From assembly GCA_035759745.1 (NCBI GenBank), contig DASTUF010000068.1, forward strand, positions 20,935 to 84,934: a stretch of DNA of 64,000 nt, in the 5' to 3' direction. This DNA is from Gemmatimonadales bacterium. Its GTDB lineage: Bacteria > Gemmatimonadota > Gemmatimonadetes > Gemmatimonadales > GWC2-71-9. The notes under the pieces are model-generated. The model did no database searches. It saw nothing but the letters and a program-made list of their open reading frames with translations, and had not been told where the DNA came from. The position numbers and the translations under genes are program-made. The stretch's first letter is position 1, and the number at the start of each line of letters is the position of its first letter. Below are positions 56,566-64,000 of the stretch, in pieces.

Positions 56566-58550
56566 CAGCGCCACTCCTCGATCAGGCGCGCCGGCACCTC
56601 GGGCCACTCCCAGACCATCTTCTCCCGGCTGCGTATGCCACCGGCCACCAGCGGCGTGACGCCATTGGTGCGGGGCTGCACCGTGCGACGGGCGGCGCCG
56701 GTGGAGGAGCCATCGAGCACCTCACGCGCCAGCACCGCGCTCGCTGCCACACCCTTCGCCTCGGCTGCCTGAAGTACGCGCTGGACCGTGCCAAGCGCCG
56801 CGCGGAACGACTCGGCCGGGCGGCTGCCGATAACCCCCGGCAGCTCGGGGTCCACCTGCTCGAGCCGGGCCGACAGGTGTCGCTCGGCAACGCGCTGGCG
56901 CAGGTCGCGGTCCGGCTGCGGCAACTCGACCACCAGGCCCCCCTCGAACCGGGTCAGCAGCCGAGGCGCCATGCCGGACAGCTCGGCCAGCGGCACGCCG
57001 GTGGTGAACACCATCTGCCGGCCGTGGTCATGGAACTCGTTGAACAGCAGGAAGAGTTCCTCCTGCGAGCGTTCCTTGTCCGCGAGCAGGTGGACATCGT
57101 CGATCAGCAGCGCATCGGCCCGGCGCCAGCGCGCCCGCCAGCGGGGGACCGCGTCCTGGTCGATCGCCGCGATCAGCTCCTCCACGAATTCGTGCGCCCC
57201 AACGCACGCGACCGTTAATCCCGCGGCCGCAAGCGCGTTGCCCACGCCATGCAGGACATGGGTCTTGCCATTGCCGCTGGCGGCGCTGATCAGCAGCGGG
57301 TTGTAGCGGGTGCCGGGCTCGGCCGCGACCGCGCGTGCGGCGCGCACCGCCACACGATTGGCCGGGCTTTCGAGCAGATCATCGAGCAGCCAGTGGGGTG
57401 ACGGCGGCGAGGGCGGTTCGAGGCCCTCGCGCGCACGCTCCAGCAGGGAGGCGGCGGCCTCGACCCGGTCCGGGTCCCGCAGCGCCTGATCGCCAGCGAG
57501 GTCGGGTGCCACCCGCTCGAGGTCCTCCGCGATCTGCTGCAGCCGCCTCACGTCCGTCGCGAATGCGGCGAGCGCTCCGTCCGGATCCTGCGGCAGCGCG
57601 CCATTGTCCAGCAGTTTCTCGAGCCGGGTGGTGCGGAAGCCTTCGCCGCTCCAGCGCAGCACCGCTTCGGCCACGCGCGACCGCCACGACTCGACCTGCT
57701 GCGTCACCGTGCTCGCGATCTCCTGCAGGAAGTCGGTGAACTCATCCGTCCCGCCTTCCGCATCGTCGGCCGGCGCGCCTCCGCCCGCCGTGCCCTCGAT
57801 AGCCTCGCCGGCCCGGCTCGCAGCGACATCCGCGATGCCCGCGAGCTCGGCCCGCGCCTCCGCCACCGAGAGCGGCCGGCCCGCGGCGGCCTGGGCGGCG
57901 CTGACCCGGTTCAAGGCGCCGAGCAGCTCGCGCACATTGTCGAGCGGGATCTCCGCAGCGGCCTCGAGCACGCCCGGCGCGAGCTCAAGGCCGCGCGCCT
58001 CGGCCTTGCGGCGGAGGATGGCTACGCGGGTTTCGTAGTCCGGCGCGCCGACGTCCACCACCAGCCCGCCACCGAAGCGGCGCAGCAGCCGGTCGTCCAG
58101 CGCCTCGATGTCGGCCGGGGGACGGTCGCTGGCGAGCACGATCTGGCCGCCCGAGGCCTGCATCGCATCCACCACGCGCAGCAACTCGCTCTGCATTTCG
58201 CGGCGACGCGCCAGTGCCTGGACGTCGTCCAGCAGCAGCAGGCCAAGCTCGGAGTAGCGACGGCGGTAGGCATCACCCTGCCCTGCGGTGATGGCCGCAT
58301 GGAAAGCCTCGACGAAGTCGTCGAGTGTCAGGTAGCCGACGGCGAGGCCGGGATTGATGGCGAGTGCCGAGTGGCCGATGGCCGTGAGCAGGTGCGTCTT
58401 GCCCAGCCCCGGTGTGGCATAAATGAAGAGGGGGTTGTAGACCGCACCGGGAGACTCCGCCACGGCACGGGCAGCGGTGGCCGCCAGGCGGTTGCCGGAG
58501 CCGACCACGAACTCCTCGAAGCGGAGCCCCGGATGCAGCTTCTGGTTCAC
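56565..58550 (-). CDS. Tandem DnaA-type AAA+ ATPase (two DnaA domain-III-like modules; no DnaA domains I, II or IV)
   Basis: 661 aa with a GTG start overlapping the mglA stop (GTGA).
- Module 1: [81 protein letters not shown].
- Module 2: [61 protein letters not shown].
No DNA-binding HTH region was seen. Confidence 0.8.
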   Translation of the reverse strand: MNQKLHPGLRFEEFVVGSGNRLAATAARAVAESPGAVYNPLFIYATPGLGKTHLLTAIGHSALAINPGLAVGYLTLDDFVEAFHAAITAGQGDAYRRRYSELGLLLLDDVQALARRREMQSELLRVVDAMQASGGQIVLASDRPPADIEALDDRLLRRFGGGLVVDVGAPDYETRVAILRRKAEARGLELAPGVLEAAAEIPLDNVRELLGALNRVSAAQAAAGRPLSVAEARAELAGIADVAASRAGEAIEGTAGGGAPADDAEGGTDEFTDFLQEIASTVTQQVESWRSRVAEAVLRWSGEGFRTTRLEKLLDNGALPQDPDGALAAFATDVRRLQQIAEDLERVAPDLAGDQALRDPDRVEAAASLLERAREGLEPPSPPSPHWLLDDLLESPANRVAVRAARAVAAEPGTRYNPLLISAASGNGKTHVLHGVGNALAAAGLTVACVGAHEFVEELIAAIDQDAVPRWRARWRRADALLIDDVHLLADKERSQEELFLLFNEFHDHGRQMVFTTGVPLAELSGMAPRLLTRFEGGLVVELPQPDRDLRQRVAERHLSARLEQVDPELPGVIGSRPAESFRAALGTVQRVLQAAEAKGVAASAVLAREVLDGSSTGAARRTVQPRTNGVTPLVAGGIRSREKMVWEWPEVPARLIEEWR

Positions 58551-59146
58551 GCCGGCGCCCCTGCCGCGAGGCGACGAAGCACCGACTCGGAGATGCCCTT
58601 CAGCGTCTCGAAGACGCCGCTCCCGTGCAGGGCATCGGCGCCGAAGCTTTGCACGCCGCGGAAGTTCAGCGCCTCATCGAGCGCGTCGCTGGAGAGCACC
58701 AGGTCGGCCGGCAGGTCCTGCTTGTTGTACTGCAGCACGACCGGGAGGTCACGCACATCGACGCCCTGTTCCAGCAGGTTTTCCTGGAGATTCTGGAGGC
58801 TCTCGAGATTGTCGTCGAAGCGGCGGGCCTGGCTGTCGGCCACGAACACCACCCCGTCGGCTCCCTGGAGCACCAGCTTCCGGGTGGCGTTGTAGTAGCT
58901 CTGGCCCGGCACGGTGTACAGCTGGAACCTGGTGGTGAACCCCGAGATCGAGCCGAGGTCGAGGGGCAGGAAATCGAAGAAGAGCGTGCGGTCGCCGTGG
59001 GTCGCGAGCGAGACCATGCGGCCACGCCGGTTCTCCGGCACCCGCCCGAAGATGTACTGCAAGTTGGTCGTCTTGCCGGACCTGCCCGGGCCGTAATAGA
59101 CGATCTTGCAGGTGATCTCGCGGGTGGTGAAGTTGACGAGCGACAT
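58547..59146 (-). CDS. mglA: MglA-family small Ras-like GTPase
   Basis: ATG at 59144-59146 gives [33 protein letters not shown]...[11 protein letters not shown]...[10 protein letters not shown]...VLQYNKQDL. This is near-collinear with Myxococcus MglA as I remember it (P-loop, intrinsic Arg in [13 protein letters not shown], NKxD). Confidence 0.9.
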   Translation of the reverse strand: MSLVNFTTREITCKIVYYGPGRSGKTTNLQYIFGRVPENRRGRMVSLATHGDRTLFFDFLPLDLGSISGFTTRFQLYTVPGQSYYNATRKLVLQGADGVVFVADSQARRFDDNLESLQNLQENLLEQGVDVRDLPVVLQYNKQDLPADLVLSSDALDEALNFRGVQSFGADALHGSGVFETLKGISESVLRRLAAGAPA

Positions 59147-59147
59147 G

Positions 59148-59609
59148 TCAGCGTCCAAAGAGCGCGTGGAGGCTGGCGTTCAGCTCCCGCTCGAAGTTCT
59201 CGGCCAGCACCGGCGCCTGGGTGGTCTCGGGCGGCGCGACGGCCACAAGTTCGCGCACCAGTTCGTCCCAGAAGAGCTGCACCAGCCCGACGCTGGTCTC
59301 GCTGCCGAATACGACCAGGCCGACCCACCGGCCACGTGGCGTGTCGAATCCCGACAGCAGCATGCCCTGCTCACTGCCCTGGTGCACCAGCGCACCGAAA
59401 CCCCGCTGGTCCATGAGCCGGGCCACCTCGGTGGTCGAGGCGACGATGCCAGCACCGAGCGCCGCCGCCGCCATCACGTCCAGCGAGCGGGTGAATCCGT
59501 GCTGGGCCACCACCTGCCCCGCCGACGTCATCAACAGCACCACACGGGCTTCGCTCTCCGCGAGGAAGTGTTCCAGCGGCGGACCCACCCAGGGCTCGAG
59601 GGTGCGCAT
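59148..59609 (-). CDS. mglB: Roadblock/LC7-domain protein, MglB-like (putative GAP of MglA)
   Basis: Internal ATG at 59607-59609 of track ORF 59148..60209 gives 153 aa: [39 protein letters not shown]...[12 protein letters not shown]..., a Roadblock fold pattern. It sits directly upstream of mglA, as in the mglBA operon. Confidence 0.75.
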   Translation of the reverse strand: MRTLEPWVGPPLEHFLAESEARVVLLMTSAGQVVAQHGFTRSLDVMAAAALGAGIVASTTEVARLMDQRGFGALVHQGSEQGMLLSGFDTPRGRWVGLVVFGSETSVGLVQLFWDELVRELVAVAPPETTQAPVLAENFERELNASLHALFGR

Positions 59610-59959
59610 CAGCCGAGCCCCTGCGCGACGTCGAGCATTTCCAGCCGGGCCAGGCCCAGGTTGGCATCGGCCTGGGTCACTGCGACCACCAGCAGTTCTG
59701 CGGCGGCGGCAGGCACGGCGAGCAGGTTGCCGCGCTCCGCATGCAGGTGCAGCACCCGTGGTGCCTCCAGCCCGGCTTCGGCGGTGGTGCGCGCCAGTCG
59801 ACCCGCAAGACTCGCCGCCAGCGCTGCGACTGCCCGGCCATCCACGCCATCCATCAGCGACTCGGCCACAACCAGTCCGTCGGCCATGGAGACGAGCATC
59901 GCGCCCCGCACGCCGCGCACCGCGCTGATACGCCCAAGTTCGGTTTCGTAGCGACTCAC
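59609..59959 (-). CDS. Roadblock/LC7-domain protein (second paralog)
   Basis: GTG at 59957-59959 overlaps the upstream stop (GTGA). 116 aa: VSRYETELGRISAVRGVRGAMLVSMADGLVVAESL...AALAASLAGRL...NLLAVPAAAAELLVVAVTQADANLG. Confidence 0.7.
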   Translation of the reverse strand: MSRYETELGRISAVRGVRGAMLVSMADGLVVAESLMDGVDGRAVAALAASLAGRLARTTAEAGLEAPRVLHLHAERGNLLAVPAAAAELLVVAVTQADANLGLARLEMLDVAQGLG

Positions 59960-60852
59960 GAGGCCCGCTCCAGCCAGCGTCGCGCAGCAGCAGCGGCGCG
60001 ATCGGCGATGACGGCCAGCCGGCCGGCGGTGACGCTCGCATCGCGCGCCGCGAGGAGTACAGTGTCGGGTGATGGCGCCGCGAGGTGCAGGTTGCCAGGC
60101 CCGCACTCGGCCGACAATCGCTGCCAGTTGCCGAGATCCAGCAGGCGCGCGGCCCGCACCGCCTCTCGCGACACACCGGAGAGGTGCGCCGCCACAGCAT
60201 CGGCGACATCGCGACCGTCGCGATCGCGCAGGCCGCCGCCCAACCGCAGCCCGTTCACGTCGAGCAGCAGGAGACCGTCACGGGCGCCCTCGAATCCCTC
60301 GAACAGTTCTGACTCGGCCGGCAAGTCGTCGTCGGCCTCCTCCTCGAGCTCGAACGGCAGCCCTTTGCGCTGCCGGGGCATCGGCGCGCGGGGCTCGCTG
60401 GAGCGGGCGGACACGGGCGCCGGCGTCTCCTCGGCGCCCGTGGGGGCCGCACCATCCAGCGTGGCGCGCACGGTGGCGATTGCCCGGGCGAGTCCCGGCT
60501 CGTCGCTGCGTGCGCGGGCCATCTCCAGGTGACGCAGCGCGCGGGGCAGGTCACCCGCACGGTAGTAGAGGAATCCGAGGCCCTTGTGGGCGCCGAGATG
60601 GCTGGGATCCCGCTGCAACGCATCCATCCACGCATCGAACGCCGCTTCACCGTCGCCGAGGTCGCTATGGATCCTGGCCGCAAGATCGCGGGCATCGGCG
60701 AGTTCGGGATAACGCGCCATGCCGGACTCGGCCACACGCAGTGCGGCCTGGAACTGTCCCCGCCGGCGCAGAGTCTCCCCCAGGTCGAGGAAGACCAGGC
60801 TCGCCGGATCGGCAACCAGTTCCGCGGTCATGGCGCGGATCGATTCACTCAT
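59956..60852 (-). CDS. TPR N-terminal domain fused to a C-terminal Roadblock/LC7-like domain
   Basis: 298 aa. TPR units at the N-terminus, an acidic linker (PFELEEEADDDLPAESELFEGFE), then GLLLLDVNGLRLGGG...VADAVAAHLSGVSREAVRAARLLDLG..., which resembles Roadblock. The Roadblock assignment is by pattern only. Confidence 0.6.
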   Translation of the reverse strand: MSESIRAMTAELVADPASLVFLDLGETLRRRGQFQAALRVAESGMARYPELADARDLAARIHSDLGDGEAAFDAWMDALQRDPSHLGAHKGLGFLYYRAGDLPRALRHLEMARARSDEPGLARAIATVRATLDGAAPTGAEETPAPVSARSSEPRAPMPRQRKGLPFELEEEADDDLPAESELFEGFEGARDGLLLLDVNGLRLGGGLRDRDGRDVADAVAAHLSGVSREAVRAARLLDLGNWQRLSAECGPGNLHLAAPSPDTVLLAARDASVTAGRLAVIADRAAAAARRWLERAS

Positions 60853-61999
60853 GCGCGTTCCTCATGGCTCGGCCCAGCATCCGCGCCGCCGCGCGGAGTT
60901 CGCTGACCCAGCCCCCCTTCGCATCTTCATCGGCAGGCCGCATCGGCAGCCTGCTCCACGCATCCCAACTGTCCACCGCTTCCTCGAAGCGTCCGTCGCC
61001 GGCCAGCGCCATGCCAAGCAGGCGGCGCGAAGTGGCATCGCCGGGCGCCAGCCGAAGCGCCTGCTCGAGGGCCGCCGCGGCATCGGCCGGCCGGCCGGCC
61101 GCGAGCAGCACCCGTCCCAGCATCAGGTACAGCGACGGGTGCTCGCCCACCGACATGGCAGCGGCCTCCTGCACGGCTGCAAGGGCCTGCTGGGTATTGT
61201 CGGCGATCAGGTACGCTTCCGCCCGCGCCAGCAGGTCGGCCACGTCGCCGCTCTCCGCCTCGGGTTCCGGCAGTGCCCTGGGATCGTCGACCGCCACCAC
61301 GCCTGCGGCGGCGAGGCCGAACAGGGTCCGCGCCACCTCGAACTCGGAACGCGCGACGTGCTCGGCCACCGCGCGGATGTTGCGCTCGCCATCCACCGCC
61401 GCGAGCACTTCCCATTCGGCCGGGAGCAGGTCCATCGGTGCGGCATCGTGCTCGTCCGGCGCAATCAGGCGGGGCACCACATCGAGGTGGGGAATGCGGG
61501 CCTCGATCCGGCTCCACTCGTCGATGCGCCGGGCCGCTTCCATCAGCAGCGCCTCGGTGGGAATGCGCACCACCGCCTGCGCCGGCACATCCTCCAACGG
61601 CGCTTCGCTGAATGAGAAGTGGCCTTCGGCCCAGTTCATCAGCTCGAAGATCACTTCCTCCACCTGCCCCCGGACGTGGCGGTCCAGGTCGCGCTGGCTG
61701 ATGGCACCGATGCTCACCAGCACCTCACCCAGCCGGCGCCCGTCGCCGGTGGCCTGCATGTCGCGAGCCCGCGCGAGGTCCGAGTCGGAAACCTTGCCGA
61801 CCCGCAGCAGCAGCGCGCCGAGCGGGTGCGGATTGCTCTCGATCTCGGCGGCGACCACCTTGCCGCCATCGAAGTACACGGTGCCGCCATTCTGTCGCAG
61901 CTCGGAGCGCACCCGCAGGATGCCCGACTTCCGCGCCAGGTCGAGCAGCTGGAACACATCGTGAATGCCGAGCTCGCGAAGCGGTCCCTCGATCGGCAT
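60845..61999 (-). CDS. PATAN/DUF4388-domain protein with a helical insert and a C-terminal TPR region (second paralog)
   Basis: 384 aa. MPIEGPLRELGIHDVFQLLDLARKSGILRVRSELRQNGGTVYFDGGKVVAAE..., then a winged-helix-like region and TPR-like helices. Confidence 0.75.
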   Translation of the reverse strand: MPIEGPLRELGIHDVFQLLDLARKSGILRVRSELRQNGGTVYFDGGKVVAAEIESNPHPLGALLLRVGKVSDSDLARARDMQATGDGRRLGEVLVSIGAISQRDLDRHVRGQVEEVIFELMNWAEGHFSFSEAPLEDVPAQAVVRIPTEALLMEAARRIDEWSRIEARIPHLDVVPRLIAPDEHDAAPMDLLPAEWEVLAAVDGERNIRAVAEHVARSEFEVARTLFGLAAAGVVAVDDPRALPEPEAESGDVADLLARAEAYLIADNTQQALAAVQEAAAMSVGEHPSLYLMLGRVLLAAGRPADAAAALEQALRLAPGDATSRRLLGMALAGDGRFEEAVDSWDAWSRLPMRPADEDAKGGWVSELRAAARMLGRAMRNAHE

Positions 62000-62002
62000 G
62001 GC

Positions 62003-63934
62003 TCAGGCCTCCCGATCAGCGAGGATGTGCTCGAGGTCGCGGGCTGAACGCGCACGCGAGCGCGCCTCGCCCGCCAGTGCCCCGCCCGGCTCCAGCTGGA
62101 TCACGCGGTCCCAGGCTTCGACCGCCGCACGAAACTGGCGCACCCGGGCCAGCGCCGCCGCGCGATGGAAGAGCGCCAGCACATGGTCGGGCACGAAACG
62201 GAGCACCCGATCGAACGCCTCGAGCGCCGGGCCGGTGCGACCGTCGTCGAGCAGCGCGCGCCCCAGCAGCGCGAGGGCGTCGAAGTCGTAGGGATCGGTC
62301 TCGAGCACCGGCACCAGGAATGACACCGCTGCCCTGGGCGACTCGGTGCGGCGCAGCAGGTCGCCCAGCGACAGCTGCGCGGGCGAGTAGGTCGGCAGCA
62401 GCTGCAACGAGCGCTCGTAGGCCGCTCGCGCTGCGGTAAAGTTCTCCCGGGTCTCCTCCAGCCCGCCCAGTTCGCGCCACACCTGCACCAGGCCGGCATC
62501 GATCCGCAACGCCAGCTGGCATGCCTCGAGCGCGGCTTCGGTGTCGCCCATGCGCGCAGCGATGGTGGCCTGCAGCTGATAGAGCTCCGGCCGTCCCGGC
62601 GCCACTTCCAGCGCATGGCGAACCAGCCGAAGCGCGCTTCGCTCGTCATCGACCGCGAGATGCGCCCGGGCGCAGGCCACCAGCGCCTCCGGATCACGCG
62701 GCCGCAGCCGCTCCAGGCGCGCGGCGAGTTCCACGGCCTCCGCTCCCCGATCGAGCGCGGCCAGCGACCGGATCTCACCCAGCAGCGCGTCGCCGTCGTC
62801 GGGAAGGGCCGCCCGTGCATCGCGGAATCGCTCCAGTGCCTCCCCGTGGAGCCCGCGCCGGGCAAAGATGTCGCCCATGAGGGTTGCCACCCGCCCTGGA
62901 TCGGCACCGCGGGCACGCGCGCGCCCAAGTTCTGCCGTCGCCAGCTCGAGCAGTCCCTTGGCGACATAGTCGCGCGCCAGCGCGAGCGGGTCGTCGGCCG
63001 ACACCTCGGCCGATGCGGGCCGGGCCGCGGGCGCGAGGTCAGTGAACAACTCCTCCAGCGCTTCGGGGTCAAACGCAAACTCGCCTGCCAGCTGCTCTCC
63101 CCCGACGTCGCCCGCCAATTCCGGCATCACGCCGATGGTGGGATCCTCGTACTGCAAGTCGAGCGCGAGCGTGTACTTCTGGGCGACATAGAACGGCTCC
63201 AGCTCGAGTGCCCGGCGGGTCTCCCGCAGCGCGCCGTCGTAGTCGCCGACCTGGCTCAGGGTGAAGCTCAGGTTGTAATGCGCGGACGCGAGGTCGCCGT
63301 CCGCCTCGACCGCGCGCTGGAACGCGGTGCGTGCTTCGGCGTAGCGCTGCAGCTCCATGAGCACGAGACCGACGCCGTTCCAGGCCAGGGCATTCGCCGG
63401 CTGGTCGGCCAGCACCCCACGGTAGTGCTCCAGCGCCGCCTGCAGTTCGTGGCGCTGGAGGTGGAGCAACGCGACGTTGAGCCGCACCGCGGGCGGCAGC
63501 CGCCCGGCCTGCAGCGCCCGACGGAAGGTCGCCAGCGCGAGGTCGCCCTCGCCGTGCGCGGCATGCAGCACGGCCAGGTTGTTCCACGCGATGGCATAGC
63601 CGGGATCCAGATCCACCGCGCGCAGGTATGACTCCTCGGCCGCCTCGCGCTGGCCCAGCTGCTGGAGGCAGACGCCGCGCTCGCTCCAGAGCTTGGGGGA
63701 ATCGGGATCCTGGCGCGTCAGTTCGTCGTAGCGCTCCAGGGCGGAGGGCAGTTCGCGCCGGAGCAGCTCGACCTCGGCCATGGCCTGCAGCACCAGACGG
63801 CGGTCCTCGCCCGCGTCCAGCGCGAGCCGATACTCGCGCAGCGCCTCGACCAGGTAGCCCTTCTGGCGGAAGGCGAGCCCGAGGTTGAAGTGCGCGAGTG
63901 CCGCATCCGGCACCGGCAGCGGCGCGTCACCCAC
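62003..63934 (-). CDS. Large TPR-repeat protein (about 14+ TPR units); possibly 5'-incomplete
   Basis: 643 aa from the GTG at 63934. TPR consensus is repeated throughout (AHFNLGLAFRQKGYLVEALREYRLALD..., AWNNLAVLHAAHGE..., AHYNLSFTLSQVGDYDGALRETRRALELEP...). The frame stays open upstream to position 64000, so the true start may lie outside the window. Confidence 0.7.
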   Translation of the reverse strand: MGDAPLPVPDAALAHFNLGLAFRQKGYLVEALREYRLALDAGEDRRLVLQAMAEVELLRRELPSALERYDELTRQDPDSPKLWSERGVCLQQLGQREAAEESYLRAVDLDPGYAIAWNNLAVLHAAHGEGDLALATFRRALQAGRLPPAVRLNVALLHLQRHELQAALEHYRGVLADQPANALAWNGVGLVLMELQRYAEARTAFQRAVEADGDLASAHYNLSFTLSQVGDYDGALRETRRALELEPFYVAQKYTLALDLQYEDPTIGVMPELAGDVGGEQLAGEFAFDPEALEELFTDLAPAARPASAEVSADDPLALARDYVAKGLLELATAELGRARARGADPGRVATLMGDIFARRGLHGEALERFRDARAALPDDGDALLGEIRSLAALDRGAEAVELAARLERLRPRDPEALVACARAHLAVDDERSALRLVRHALEVAPGRPELYQLQATIAARMGDTEAALEACQLALRIDAGLVQVWRELGGLEETRENFTAARAAYERSLQLLPTYSPAQLSLGDLLRRTESPRAAVSFLVPVLETDPYDFDALALLGRALLDDGRTGPALEAFDRVLRFVPDHVLALFHRAAALARVRQFRAAVEAWDRVIQLEPGGALAGEARSRARSARDLEHILADREA

Positions 63935-64000
63935 CGAGTCGCTGTCGTCGCGCGGGTGGGACAGTGAGCCGAGCGACAGGTTGGCTTGCGCACGGCTGAG

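Overview
High-GC, very gene-dense bacterial chromosomal window with about 60 CDS and 2 tRNAs. No rRNA, CRISPR array, transposase or integrase was seen. All but three CDS lie on the minus strand, and many are joined by 1-4 nt stop/start overlaps, suggesting long translationally coupled operons. The taxon cannot be fixed without a database search. An outer-membrane barrel, lipoproteins and the dcw gene order indicate a diderm; Gemmatimonadota-like is only a guess.

Layout:
- 1-9.9 kb: hprK-hpf, a glycosyltransferase, the nusB-ribH-ribBA-ribE-ribD riboflavin operon, purM, a PfkB kinase, argS and an FmdB zinc ribbon.
- 9.9-10.5 kb: a small lower-GC islet carrying a GxxExxY (PD-(D/E)XK-like) gene bracketed by CACAGAG inverted repeats.
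- 10.5-25.6 kb: acyl-CoA mutase catalytic subunit, fbp, comEC, comFB, miaB, an OM barrel plus lipoprotein pair, cdd, deoB, alr, mazG, asnS and a PQQ-propeller protein.
- 25.5-29.2 kb: recG and ftsY, interspersed with three copies of a GGGAAGTGG-type G-rich/palindromic intergenic repeat.
- 31-47.6 kb: a complete dcw cluster (rsmH-ftsL-ftsI-murE-murF-mraY-murD-ftsW-murG-murC-ftsQ-ftsA-ftsZ, then an M23 peptidase). It has no mraZ, ddl or murB.
- 47.6-49.7 kb: tRNA-Asp and tRNA-Val flanking a TPR gene.
- 49.7-64 kb: the most unusual region, an apparently single operon of about 14 kb that runs off the window edge. It encodes TPR proteins, two PATAN/DUF4388-TPR proteins, three Roadblock/LC7 proteins (one MglB-like, one fused to TPR), an MglA-type GTPase, a 661-aa protein made of two tandem DnaA-type AAA+ modules without a DNA-binding domain, and then CheR-CheD-CheB-CheW-CheW.

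Both PATAN proteins carry tandem 24-residue MshEN-like (c-di-GMP-binding type) motifs. I consider this cluster the best candidate for an undescribed polarity/motility signalling system.

All functional calls come from recognising conserved motifs in the supplied translations. No searches were run.
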